Source: Lepidodermella squamata
Lineage: Eukaryota > Animalia > Gastrotricha
Assembly (NCBI GenBank): GCA_047495785.1
Contig: JBLDXI010000061.1
Span: 87,575 to 151,574 of the forward strand
Reading direction: 5' to 3'
DNA: 64,000 bases
Part shown: one piece after another, positions 37,690 to 50,879 of the stretch
How the letters are laid out: every line of letters begins with the position of its first letter
How positions within the stretch are numbered: position 1 is the stretch's first letter
Program-made: the position numbers and the translations under genes
Notes under the pieces: model-generated
What the model was told of the DNA's origin: nothing
What the model saw: only the letters and a program-made list of their open reading frames with translations
Database searches by the model: none

Positions 37690-38535
37690 ATGCTTCCTCA
37701 GGCTTCTTACGATAATAAAACTGGCAAGCTACGATTTTCAGACACAAGTGACACGGCTTCGAGTTCTACCTCGAATTCCGTGATTCCCACGCAGTTTTAT
37801 TCTGGATTTCATGGAACTCCGTATACTGTACCAGTGCCGCATCTAATTTCCTCAAATTTCTGGCCTTTGAGGGATGCTGATCTGCAAGTAATTCCATCCA
37901 AGTCAAAATTCAGGCCAGTTTCTCCGGATTTGAAGACTTCAATCAAGCCATCGCCTTACAGCTACTTCAAATCAAATATCAAAAGCTGGTGGGGCCTTGT
38001 TTTCCTCGCTAAATTGGTAAGTCAAAAGCTGTTATTTCGATTCTTTCAAAGTTTTAAAGACTATCGAGGTGATGATGGGTGGAATCTACATCAAACTCAT
38101 CAGTATTGACTCAAGTTGGACCTACCTACTCGTTTTTTGGCTGCCCCCTCTTATCGTGATAGTCGGATGCTTCATCATCACCTTATCTCAATTTTTCCGG
38201 GATCTCGAAAGCGGGAAACCGAAAAAGCGGCTCATTTATGAGGTAGAGCTAGGCTCATTGCGTGGGATTTATCGTGAATTATCATTTCTTCACAGTTTTT
38301 GGCAATGGCCTTGGTGTCTGTCTTAGCTGGGGCAGCAAATATCGCGTTGAATAACCAGGGCGTGTATGACTATGTTTATTTCGACTCATTTCCTAATGGA
38401 ACGGCAATTGCTGGAGGGGTAATTTGTTATTCAAAAATAAAATCAAAATTAATTTTTTAATTTCAGGTGTTTTTTCTCATTCTCTCTGCCGTTAATTTTG
38501 CTGAACTTTTCTACTTATGGTGCTCGGCTCAGTGA
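37690..38535 (+). CDS. Four-exon four-TM membrane protein (MARVEL-like topology)
   Basis: Short GT-AG introns link four hydrophobic segments (WWGLVFLAKL|VMMGG..., YLLVFWLPPLIVIVGC, FLAMALVSVLAG, VFFLILSAVNF). Confidence 0.55.
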
Positions 38536-38581
38536 TTTTTCCAATAATTTATTAAAATCAATAATTTAACAATAAAATGGA

Positions 38582-41500
38582 TCAATTATCTTTTGCGTTA
38601 GCTTTTACCAATATGTTAACAATTTCTTTCTGTTCCCTACTTTTCGCAATAGCAAGCGGTGTTAAACCGTTACTGTTCTTCAAATTAACATAAAGCACCT
38701 GTCCAATTTTAAGGTGTAACCCCGCAAAATAGCGAACAACATCAATCGCACCGAAATAGCAAGCACAATGCAGAGCTGTATCGCCATCCTTATCCCTAGC
38801 CTTCCAATTCGCGCCGTATTCAATCAAAATTTTCACAATCTCAACATGGTCCATAACCGCGGCTTGGATTAAGGCGGTTCTATCGTGTTCGCCAGAATTT
38901 TCGATAGCATCCGAAGATTTTCCAAGTTTGGTAAGTAAGTACCGAGCTACCTCGAGCTGGCCGCAACTTGCTGCAACATTCAACGGCGTATCGCGATCTC
39001 CGTTCTTCAAAACCAGAAGGTCGGGCCAGTTTTCGACTAGGAACTTCACAACAGCGATGAAACCAAACGCTGAAGCTAGGTGGATAGCCGTGTATTTCGA
39101 TTTCGATGAATCTGCTAGTCTAACGTCAGCGTTGCAATCTCTTGCAAGGTATTTGACGATTTCGAGGTAACCCAGCGAAGCAGCGTGCATCAGAGCTGTT
39201 CGTCCTGTGTTGTCCCTAACATCGATTTTCGCCATTTTCCTCCCGGCCAAGTACTCAACTGCCTCTAGTCGATTCGCGAGAGCAGCTCGATTCAACGGCG
39301 TATTGCCCCGGCCGTCCTTAGCCTCGATTATCTCAGGCCTTTTCCTGATAAAGGCTGATAGGCAGTTTAGGAAGTTGTTAGATGCTGCGTAGTGGATAGC
39401 CATCGACCCTGCGCAGTTCGTTGACTGTTCGTACTCAGTTCTCGCCTCGATATTTGCCCCATTTTCTAATAAGAAATTGATAGCTGGTACCCCATCAACC
39501 ATCGCAGCTTGATGCAGTGGGGTTCGACCATTATGGCCCTTCGCGTCGATCAAATCCCGTTTCGCCTCAAGTAATAGCTTCACGATGTCCAAGTTCCCTG
39601 ATCCAACAGCTGTATGGATAGATAGACTGCCTTTCACGTTAGGTGTGTCCAGAGGTAGGGCGAATTCGAAGATGAGAACTCTGGCGGCCTTAACGAAGTT
39701 GTTACGAGCGGCGTGATGGATCAAAGTATCGCCCCCTTGCGTGAATTTGTTCAGTATGGATTTGTTTTCAGGCGCCAGAAGTTGCTTGCCGTGGTTTGAT
39801 GTCAATACAGCTCGGATCCCATTGGGATCATCGTTATTCACAGCAGCGATCAATTGTTTAGACTGAAAAATATATCAAAATATTTTAAAACAATAATTCA
39901 AATTTTTCAAAGTATTTTTCAGAAAACCCCAGACCCTACAAATGGGCTTTGAAGTTGGGACCCTTGATTAGGATTTCTTTTGTTTTGTAAAATCATGCAG
40001 GCGCTGAAGGAGCCACAGGTCAACAAGGTACGTGAATGAGCTCGGTTCGAAGCGAGAGCAAGCTTCTCAACTGGCGATTGTTCCGATTTCGCCCCGCTAC
40101 AGGTCCGACCGGTGTTACTGGTGCAACTGGAGAACAGGGTCCGCTAGGTTCTCAAGGGACAGTTCTGAGCTTTGCAGTTGAGGTTTGAAGCTTGCATGAA
40201 TCGATTCGTGATTTCCAGGCCCGCAAGGTGTCGTTGGCGCTCAAGGTCCCCAAGGCGTGCTTGGTGAGTTCGAGAATCTCGGCTTTCGAGATTCGATGCC
40301 TATGGCTGCTTATCTTCTGCTCTAAATGTTGGGTTCCGAAGGTCCTACGGGTGCACAAGGTCTACCTGGATCAAAAGGTGAGGATTGAACCCCTACTGAA
40401 CGTCATTAGGGTTAGGGTTAGGCTAAGGGTTCGGTTAGATTCGGGTTTGTGCACAATTTTGTAAAGGATCGCTGAATAGTTGTACGAGTTCTTCATGAAA
40501 ATTGCAAATTCACTCACTGCTCTTTTTAGATGATCACCTTCATCCAATGGATCGCCAGTATTTGGGGGCGTCATGGATACCGATTTCAGTGATAGATGCG
40601 AATCCGTATGCTCGATTTTCTGCTTGAAAATGCGATCGTTTCCGACCTCTTCGATTGAGGGTCTCTCCTTCGAGTTCTTGTTCAACATCCGCGAAACCAA
40701 CGACTTGAGCCCTTCAGAAAACCTGTCACCATACTGCAGGGGGTCTGGCGGAGCGGTGCAGATGACACCCTGTAGCGACATGGCGTCCTTTGCCCGGAAA
40801 GGTCGTTTCAGGTCCATCATTTCGTAGAGCACCACGCCGAGTGACCAAACGTCACTTTTCTCGGTGAATTCACTTTTGATGCACATTTCAGGTGCAGCAT
40901 ACTGCCACGTTGCAATGGCAGTTTTTGGATTAGTGTAGACTCTGAAATGGAAAAAGAAAGCAGATGAAAGATGAAAGCGGATGTACTTTGTGATATTATT
41001 TTCGAGTTTGGTATGTCATGGCTGAAAGATGAATTTATGATTTTTTTTGCGCAGACTAGCTTAGAAAACAGACCGTAATACGGTTGGATTAGAACCTTAC
41101 CCTCCATCATTCTCTTTTGCGATTCCAAAATCTCCAAGTTTCAGCTCTCCACTACCAGTGATGAAGACATTCTGTTCAACAAATTGAACGCTATACGTTA
41201 GAATCGATTTGCCTCAATCTCAAGGATTACCTTCGGCTTTATATCTCTATGGAAAATTCGATGACGATGTAGACATTTGACGGCCGAGACCAGGTTTTTC
41301 AGCCAATTCATGATTTTGTCCTCAGGAAAAGGCGTTTTAGCAACTCTCGCCTCCTGGATCGCAGTGTCCAAATCGCCTCCCTGGCAATACTCGAGAACCA
41401 AGTAGTAAAAGTCATTCAGGACAGGAACGCCCGAGATAATCAAGTCATCGCATGGACGAATCTCTGAAACAGGAAATTATCAATAGTTGTTAAGGATTGT

Positions 41501-41782
41501 CTTGATTTTCACACCTTTGAATGATCCAAATACTCGAATAATGTTAGGGTGGTCTTTGACTAATTCGTGCTCTTGCTGGCTCAAGGCGATGCATTTTGCA
41601 GCCATCTCCGGGTTGTCACCATACGTGTCCGCAATCTTAGTCAAATTGACCTCTTTCAGGACATATCTACCTAAATCCCATTCGACGAGTAAGGCCTGGC
41701 CAAAACTGCCCGAGCCTAGAATGCTCAACACTGTGAATTCGTCTTTTGACTTGAAAAGCTGCCTTGTGGTTCTCTGGGCCAT
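38582..41782 (-). CDS. NEK-like Ser/Thr kinase fused to ~11 C-terminal ankyrin repeats
   Basis: LGSGSFG, VLKEV, EYCQGGDL, HRDIKPK|NVF, DFG, YAAPE, KSDVWSLG. A phase-0 intron (40517-39863) joins the kinase to the ankyrin exon in frame. Confidence 0.88.
40001..40377 (+). pseudogene. Orphan collagen gene fragment (4 Gly-X-Y exons) antisense within kinase intron
   Basis: Exons 40001-40027, 40103-40156, 40219-40263 and 40342-40377 (27/54/45/36 bp, all phase 1) encode [54 protein letters not shown]. Confidence 0.88.
40406..40438 (+). repeat. Short interstitial telomere-like repeat
   Basis: ttagggttagggttaggctaagggttcggttag. Confidence 0.6.
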
Positions 41783-42543
41783 TTTAGTAACAGCTTCGTT
41801 GAGTAATTCACGATGAATAAAAAGGAGTAAATTGTTGCTAATATTCTTTTTTAGCTCTTTGCTTTTCTTATCGCCGGTTTGCGGGTTACACCCAAAATTC
41901 CGGGCAGAACAAACAATGCCCGGCAATTTTGGAGCCTTATCGCAGGTTACGGCGCGACGAACTTTTTTGGCTTTACGATAAATCCCATTCTAAGGCGGAT
42001 ACTTCGGCTTCTGTATGATAACTCGGGCACATAATGTCCGAAAAAACTGATTGAAATCCGGAGACATGAAAAAACCTAAATTTACACAAATTCCCAAAAA
42101 ATCCAGAAAATTCAAAAAAATCTCAGAAAATTCGAAAATTACAAACGTATTGTTTTATCAGTTTACCAAAAGTATTAATGGTATTAATCCTTTCGAAATT
42201 ACTGTCCTTATTTGTCTGTCAAATGAAAATACCCTGATCAATACTTTTAGGCATGATGAGTATCAAATGAAAGGAAAATAGGGACGGCTATTCATTAATA
42301 GTTTAGTGAGAGCGATTAATTTTTACTCATAAACAGAATGAATAGGCATAGTCTGAATTACACACAGTCCTATTATTTAGATAGCGTCGCTATAGGTGTT
42401 TAATCGATTAACACGCATGCCAACGCATCAATTTTTAATGTTCCAGTTTTGTGTTTATCACCGCCACATCGAGGCAACTTTGATAGCCTGGTGTTCTATG
42501 CGCATAAAATTTGCATGGGAAGCAATTTTGTTCCTAAATTATC

Positions 42544-43759
42544 ATGGCTATCGACTGGCATAAGGCTCACAGATTACTGAATTTGTCGAAAGGAGTGCTG
42601 AAAATCGACTATTACGACGAAGATTTCGGCCATGTATCAACTTACGGCTTGCTGTGCTACTTCAAACTGCGAGATCAGGGTGGGTACTTCTACGGCATCA
42701 TGGCGAATCATCATAATTTAGGGCATTACCTCACGCAATCGAAGAAGACCTTCAAAGACTTCAAGGCATCGTCAGCTAACGAAATGTCTGAGAATTTCAG
42801 CGAATTTCTTATTACGATTCATGAAGATACGGAGAATTGGTTCACAAACCGAGAAATGGACGTTACTTTCCTTGAATTTAATCCCAATTTATTGAAGAAA
42901 TTCCTGAGCCACCAATTCGAGTTTCTTGCCTTGGAACAGGAGGAGAATCCTGTGGGCTCTCCAATGGAAATTTTAAACATTTCAGACAAAATACCGGCAC
43001 TTACCCCAACGAAAATGTCGGAAAGTGAGACTTTGGATTCTGACAGCGCGAATGGTCCTGGGCTACCAATATTCAAGGCGGATTCTGATAGAGTATCAGC
43101 TATTTCCATTAGGAATAATAGTTCTCTAGCCGCTACAACAATTCCTGCAATCTTGAATCTTATTTCAAACGGAAAAGGCATGAAAAAGCCTTTGAAAGTT
43201 GTTTCTAAAGAAATCATTTACAAGGTAAGTTCAAGAATTTACTTGAAATTCTTCAGAATTTATTTTGACTTTCTAGGATTTTTCCAACTCATCAAATGGC
43301 TCAACTAAAAGCGATTCTTGTGAAAGTTTCACTCCGGATAATTCAAAGAATCGAATTTTCCTCAGCTACAGTTTACGAGACCGGCGTAAAGACATCGAAA
43401 CTATTGGAAACCATCTTCGAAGCATTGGATACCGTTGCGTTTCCGGGCGCGAGAATCGAAAAGGGAAAATCTACTCGCTGGAGAAGCCGAATGAAGACTT
43501 GGCTTCATGCGACGCTATGCTCATGTTTTTCAGTGCTAACTACGAACGCAGTGAAGCGTGCAAATCCGAGGCAGTTCAGGCGTTGAATTCCAAGAAAGCA
43601 ATACTACCGATTCTTCTCGACAAGAGGAATCTTTCATCCAGCTGGCTGAGTTTCCTGTTAAAGGACCGTATGTGGGTCGACTTTTGTGACTCGCAGCATC
43701 TGAGCGATGTGAAAGCAACTATAGCTGAACGAATAGACAGAATGGTCGAGTCTCAATAG
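42544..43759 (+). CDS. Trypsin-like (pseudo)protease fused to TIR domain
   Basis: Exon 1: GIMANHHNL, MDVTFLEF, DSANGPGLPIF. Intron 43225-43276. Exon 2: RIFLSYS...FFSANYERSEACKSEAVQA...ILPILL...WL.FLL..RMWVDF (TIR_2/SARM-like). Confidence 0.8.
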
Positions 43760-44358
43760 GTTTATTGCATACTGGCAAGCTAATAAAGTTTCTTGAACAA
43801 TCGAAATCATCTATTTATTTGGACCTATACGGTGGGACTGATGCTACTTCGGGAAATTCTGGATGAGGTTTTGAAGCAGAGTTACTAAAGAGTGTGAATC
43901 AGTATGAGCAAAATCACAGTAAATTATCTTAAACATTCAGCACGATCGACTAAGAATGTCTGAATGTCTGAAACTACGAACCGAGGTTTATATCCTTTAG
44001 CAGTGTTATACACCAAGAACCTGGAAGCAGGCGAATACCCGGAATGCTGGCGTAAAGCCTTGCTGATTCCTGTATATAAGAAAAACAGACCCTAAAAAAT
44101 ATAGACCTATAGACTATAGACGGACAGAAAGCTTCTGCCGGTATTTGCGAAAATATTCTCGAGTATCTTTTCAGTTTTTGCACGCAAGCCGATCAGAATT
44201 CCTGAAGTGCCAAGATTGGCACACGTATCAGGGTTTAAGAAGCACTTGCCCAGTTCAATTTAATGCGTTTAGCTCTTCACAGAGCCTTCAACCCGAGCCA
44301 AAACCTAGAGCCTATCCCCTACTCCTCGAGCCTCGAGCCTACTTCTTGTGATTTCTTG

Positions 44359-44542
44359 TGCCGGTGCGAATTTAAGTGGAGCCCTTCGTCTGAAATATTA
44401 ACACTAAAATTCCCTTCACATTGGGTCTGCTTCTCCGGAATCTTTCAGACGAAGGGCTGAAGTCTCTACAGAAGTGGACAACACGGAAAGCTGCGAATAA
44501 CATACTGGCTAGCTGCCTAGTTTCGTCAAATTCGCACCGGCA
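44359..44542. mobile_element. Nested small MITEs
   Basis: Outer IR tgccggtgcgaattt/aaattcgcaccggca; inner IR cccttcgtctgaaa/tttcagacgaaggg (~44382-44457). Confidence 0.6.
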
Positions 44543-44866
44543 GAGGGCGACTTAGGCTAAGTAATGCTAAGTTGGTTATGAGGTGAATAATAATTTTTAA
44601 CAAATATTTGCTGAAGTTAATTAATAATAAGCTTTTTGTTATGATTTAAGATCATTATTATTAATTCACCGTTGGTGCCAGCAAAAAATTCTTCGTATCC
44701 GCCCTCACAACCGAGTTGTTTTCGGTGGAAAGTATGCACAGTTGTCGTCAAGCTAAAATAGCTCTTTCCAAAATAACCTCATGCAGGTCGACCGGCTGAA
44801 TTGTCTTCTATTCATTCATCCGTTTTTCGTTTAAATTCCGCTGTCGATTAAAACTTGTTTAATAAG

Positions 44867-47537
44867 ATGAGTTTCAGACTAGCTGTTATCGCGGCGACCT
44901 TGGGCATCGCCTATAGTCGTGGGTTTCTGTCTCTTCATCAATCTTCAAGCTCACTTGAATTCATCTTTTCAGAGAGTCCAATCCAGTGCTCGAATGATGA
45001 GATTTGGTCTCAAGTAGCCACCGAAAAGGCATATAGTTTGTCCGCATTTGCTGATCACAATATCTACTGCGCCGATGGCAGCTATCTGAGTTCGTGGTGG
45101 GCCACGCTTTTTGTACCTTTTGGGGTATGGCCTTATCTGGTGCCAGCTATGACTATGGGATTCAAGTGCTGTAAGTCCCCGGTAGTGGGAAATTGCCGAA
45201 AGGTTATCAATGTCCCCACGGATGACAGCACGCTCGAGAATCTGGCTAGACAGGATATCAAGTGCAACGCCAATGAATTCCTGAAAGGCTTCCAGCCGAC
45301 CGATCAGAATGGTCAGATCAAATTTATCTACACTTGCTGCGAGGTAAGAATCAAGAAAGAATCAAGAATTTTAATTGGCGCTCTTGAAGCCAGTGGTCCG
45401 AGTAACGTCCGAGTAAGGGGGGAAGGGGGGGGGGGGGGGGGGGGGGGTAAACAAACCCCACTGGCGTTCGAAAATTTCTGAAAAACGTAAGGGTCCCCCC
45501 TGTTGATTTGCAAATTTTGGTATCAAAATGCTCGATTTACCCCCTCAGAACTGGACCTAGTCGGAACCCTGCTTGAAGCTCCACAGGAAACGGACGAAAG
45601 ACCTTTTTTCGGGCAGTGCAGTTTGCGAAGTAGGATCCGGGAGCTAAGGTATTTTCTAGCTACCAGTCGAAGAAACCACATGGTCTCCCTAGGGTTTTGT
45701 CATTTCCATTTTTTTTCTGGTTAGAGTCCCCGGAACCCCAGCACCACTGTACTTCGGCTGGCCCCCGGGCACTTCCTGGTTGGAGGCCCTAATCTTCATA
45801 TTTTCCCACAAAAACTAGGTTTTCATACCTGAAACTATGATCAAAATCTATTTTCTCAATTTCCTGACGGAATAGAAATTCATATAAGCGAAAAATCCTT
45901 TAAAATTTCATTTTGATATTTTGTTGCTACATCGCTAGAGGTGCGTTAATAAGTGCTTTCCATTTTCCAACAAAATAAACGCAAATTTGGAATTCGGAAT
46001 ATTTTCACATTTCCACGAGCGATGCGGGAAATTTTACAAGAATATTCCCGAAAATCGGTTTTTCTCATGGAAAACAATTCTTGCTTTTCCCGTTTCATCC
46101 TGATAGAGTAATCTCGGAAAACACTGAGGCCTGAGGCAAGAGGATTCAACTCCCATTCATGTTTCATTCGAACCCCTGAATGAGTTTACGCTTGTTCAAT
46201 GTGAACTGATTAGGGGTAGTAATTAGTAATGATGAAATAAATTGTGTAATAGTTGACCCAAAATAAAAATAAAATAAATTTTGAAAAAATGAAAAAATAG
46301 TCTGATCCGGATGCTTGGAAAGGCTCTCGCTTGAAAAGCATAACAACCTAATAAAATCTTCCGGGAATTTTCGGTAAAAGCAAACATTTGACCAATATCT
46401 GGCGGCCCCTAGGCCATATGGGCACGTGCCCTCTGTGCCTATGCGTTAATCCGGCCCTGCTCTCGGCTACATTTCGCGGGGAACTTGAGGTTTGGATTTT
46501 CTATGTTACCCAAACTACAGCACTGCACATTTCGACGGGACCATTAATGTGCACTAAGGTTGGGAAACTTTGGGAAACTAATGAGAATCTAGGCCAATCT
46601 CATATGTTGTCTCTGCACCCTATCATGCGTTTTTTTCCAGGTTGACGGAAAATATACTGTCAACAGCAGAGCGCGAACAACGAATTACGCCGCGGTTAAT
46701 TCCGGAATGAAAAATCTTAATGATCACCGCGTCTCCTGCGGGGACGGTGAGATCTTACAGAGATGGCACTTGCAACGCGACGAAACAACGCGCATGATAC
46801 GCTTTGAATACTTTTGTGGCAGCATCACTGCCGCACAAGGAACCGCCGTCGCTAAACCCCAGTGCCGTAAGTTGAAAGGCCGCCGGTTTTAATCAAATAA
46901 AGCTGCTTTTTCAGCTGCCATGTGGTACCAGAAGTGCTCGAGTGACGTTATGAAATCAACGGAATTCACGGGCATGCAAGCCGGGGTCACCTCGGTTCTT
47001 AGTTACCTTCCTGTCAAATGTCCCAGTGGGAGTTACATAACTTCATTCGGACTGAGCAGGCCTGGCGGCATGCAGTACACGTACACGTGTTGCGCTGCCC
47101 CTATCACGTCGTCGTGCCGCGATGTCACTACCCAAGGGACACCCGGCTTTTATGGAGACACCAATTTCCTCGACAGGCAAAATGTGCAATGCAATGCTGA
47201 CGAGATCATGAACAGATTCGTGTTAAACTGGGAAAGTATTGGCGAGGGTAGAATTAGCTACAACTACACTTGCTGTTCGGTGAAAACTTGAAACCGCATC
47301 AAACTGCTGATGTTTTAGATGTATACTTTTCAGGCCGTGGGTAAGATCAGCAGAACCAACCAAGCGACCGACTACGCCGATGAACAGAGTGGAAAAACGT
47401 TGTCTCTTGTCAGCCATCGCCCGACCTGCACTGATGGGAAATTGTTGCAACAGTTTCAACTGAAGCGCAGTGGTAGAGGCACACACCGTATCGAGTACAC
47501 ATGTGTCAAGGTCGAGAACGAGTCCTGTGCCCAGTGA
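44867..47537 (+). CDS. Secreted Cys-rich protein with six ~50-aa 'LDRQxVxC...YxYTCC' repeats
   Basis: Signal peptide MSFRLAVIAATLGIAYS; five exons; repeats such as NFLDRQNVQCNADEIMNRFVL...YNYTCC. Confidence 0.8.
45391..45571. mobile_element. hAT-type MITE with poly-G tract
   Basis: cagtggtccga...tcggaaccctg, 8-bp TSD cttgaagc. Confidence 0.85.
45619..45760. mobile_element. hAT-type MITE family A copy (reverse)
   Basis: gcgaagtaggatccgggagctaaggtatttt is the reverse complement of the 5707-5853 right arm. Confidence 0.75.
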
Positions 47538-48379
47538 AATTCAGAGGAGGTGCCGCTTGCAGATTTTTTCGACAGCTTGAAAGCTGAAGATTTGTGAGAT
47601 ATAACAATAAGACTGAAGGGAAAATAAGGTTGAGGAAGGAGAGTCGATAAATGATGCACGAGGAATGAATAAAGCGAAACGAGGGAAATAGGGAAAGGTT
47701 ACCTAAATATGCATACAAATTATCGAATTTTCTCAAACACTTGTTATTCTCTAACCTTGACTCACATTTTGACCATATACTGTGCGAACCCATATATGAG
47801 TAAGCCCACCAAATCTGACGAATTCCCCACTGTTGTTGAGCCATTGTTGTTCGAAGTTGGAATGGGGACAAGTTGAAAACCTCTTTGTGCCTTGAATTGC
47901 ATAAAAGCTTCATTTGGGAACCTAAACTCAGCTACAGCTTGCGAGCCATCGAAACTATCGCGAACCATCGAAACTACGAAGCGTTTCTACGCGCGAGAAT
48001 CGAAAAGAGAAAATATACGCTAGAAATCTAAGTTCTAGAGTTCTCAAATTCGAAAGGTGAAATTTCGAGTGAAATCCAAGAATCGTCCTTCTTCAAGCAA
48101 AATATAATGCAATTAATTACTCTCATGGTCATACTCATCCTTTATTGCGCAAGTCGTGTCTCGGCATTCAGCATTCGGATCACATGTCATCGCATATGAG
48201 CTCAGGCTTTCGCACCGAGTAGCCATCTGTTAATTGCCGCGTGAATGGCGTCCTACAACCGGCAGGCCGCGGTCTCGGAGGGACCGCTTGGCGGGAATTA
48301 CCAACAGCTTTCGAACTCGAGAATTGAATCCTTACTCGACTCCATAATTTGCCACATGACACTTCGTAACTTTGAAGAT

Positions 48380-48913
48380 TTACGGTCCTAATACAGCAGC
48401 AATTTTTTTGCCTTGCGAGAACAACTTACTGCCTTCTTCGATACTTGTCATGTCACATCGTGCCATTTTCAGAGCCACTTGAAGCGATGCTTCCTCGTCC
48501 TCCCCCGCTTTGCGAAGTGTTGCTGCATTATCCGCAAGATCTGCCAGGAATTTGGAAAGCCTATTGCCAACATCTTCTCCTCTATTACCAAGTTCGACTA
48601 AACGGTCACTGTATTTCTTCGTCCAAATGAGGTCAATAACGTCAGTTCCTACGTTGGTAGCCGCTCCCGCCGTAGCTGTAATTGCACCGACACCAGTTAG
48701 CAGCACAATTGAAGCCCCGCCGGTGAAGAAGGCCGCAGCGACACAGCCTAAGGTTAACGCCGCTCCTCCAACTGAAGCGACAGTCCCGCCTGTTTTGACA
48801 ACATCACATCTCAATTTGTGAGCCTTGATATCTTCCAGTAACTCTTTCAACAGCCTGACTGTTTCTTCCGTAATTTTGATATATTCTTTCAGGCAACTGT
48901 CCATTGGAATCAC
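48380..48913 (-). pseudogene. Apolipoprotein L-like, 3'-truncated copy A
   Basis: KTGGTVASVGGAALTLGCVAAAFFTGGASIVLLTGVGAITATAGAATNVGT is the ApoL hydrophobic hairpin; ORF ends by fusion into downstream duplicated DNA. Confidence 0.75.
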
Positions 48914-50879
48914 TTGGGGAAAGATACTATTGAAAATTTATATATATCATATGTATAACGGGCAGTGACTTTGGTTTGATTTGATTTTTTCAGTAAACCA
49001 CAGGTCTTTTTAAATCAATGAAATCAAATAATCATACCATCTGAATCAAGTCAAATCAAATCAAATCTTTTGTATAGAGAAACTCGAGTTCTAAAAGAGG
49101 TTTAATGTCTTCAGTTTTGTGGAAAACGGTGTTTTCAGTAACAGTTAGCTTAAAGCTTAGTTACAGTAACAGTAGGAGTAGTCTACACGAAAAACTGAGT
49201 TTTCTTAATTCCTAATTTCTCCTCGTAGGAAGCTGATTTTTGCATGCGGTTTTTTGCCGTGTACGATTTCTGATGCGAGGCATCATCTGGAATTCTTGTT
49301 ACTTATTGATAAATTCGAGGACTGATGGCTGAATTTGGTGTTTTTCTTGAACCTTGAAAATGAGGAAATATTATTAAAATTCCTTCTTAATGAACGAATT
49401 TACAATTCGCACACTTTGCGCATCGCACGCATTTATCCCGCCGTAAGTGCGAGCGCTGCGTGATGCTCGCTCTGCTCGCAACTTTTACAAATATTCCACT
49501 AAATCCACCAAATATATCAACAAAGATTGTGTAGCTTCTCTTAGACCTTAGAGTACTACGATGGGGGACTTTCCATAATATTAGATTTTGATTCTATTTT
49601 GGGCAACAGAAAAATGTTAAGGGAAGAAAAAAACGAGTAATTTTTATCAGTAAAATCAGTATCACTTCTCTTACCGCTCACAAGACAGCAACCACATTTT
49701 TATCTGTGAATTTCACTTTTTTATCTTCTGATATAAGTACAGCATTGTATAATGTATAACCTTTATTAGTCAACCTCATACGGAACACCCCTTCTCCCTA
49801 TTCTTTTTTTTACTTATTACTTAAGACGTAAGAATTGCGCAAACAAATGTTTTTCCTTGGAATTCAATCTTTATTTACACTGATAAGGTATATGGGGGCA
49901 CTACTGAAGAGCGGAACTGTAGCGAGTTGCGTGCGGTTGCGTGACATTTCCGTCCAGTCAACACCGCCGATAAACTTAGCCATTGCCGCCTAAGACCAAA
50001 GGAGAGTCGAACAACTCATATACCTTAGCTTCCATTGAATTTTGGAGTGCACTACGTTAATCTACGCAGAAAACTGTATAGTTTGATGTGTTACACGACT
50101 ATTTTCATGAAAATTCGATTAATTGCAATAAAGCAATAAAAATTATAAAAAAAGCTAATTATCTCCAGATCTGTGCTATGAAAATTCTGGAAACGGGATT
50201 GAGTTCCCCGTCCAAACTTTACTAAGGGGGATTTTGCGATCAAAAGACGGGGTTTTGCCGATTCCCGATTGCTTTGAAAAAAAATTTTCCACAATTTTCC
50301 GCTCAACAATTAAACAACCGGAAGTGAATTTTGATTTTGCGATATTTGCGTTATTTTTACAAATTTTGTAAAGATATTTGAGACGCTAGGAGTAATCTGA
50401 GGCGCTGAACACGATGAGCGCATCAGCTTTTATACTGGGAGTATCGGTAATCGAATATCGATTATCGATTATACAGCGAATGATTGATTTTATTTCGAAT
50501 TTGGCCGAATCTTACTTGGCAAATAAACCTTCACGCTAAGAATCAAAGCTGATTATCATAACTAATGCAACTCCTGATTTTGTAGCTGAACTTTGCGCCA
50601 ACACTGTCAGCTAGGACGACATAATCCTGGTGATATCTTACTATCTAACCGTCGGATTTGTCGGTTTACTTAAAACTACGCGGTTTTTACTGAACTGAAA
50701 AAAACCGGTTTATACCGGCACCGGTGTAAACTGGTAGGAACTGGTTTGGGTTTAACCGAATACCCAGTGTTTGGCAGCGGAGTAATCTTGAAAGTACCTG
50801 CGTTGACCATATGGCCGTTTGAGCGAGGATCTCGAATCGTGATGTTTCCGGCGGTTCTGAATATCAAAAATCTTGTGGG

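Noticed and set aside
45417-45448. Poly-G tract (also ~55931) as regulatory G-quadruplex
   Set aside because: Internal to MITE-like repeats; homopolymer length unreliable
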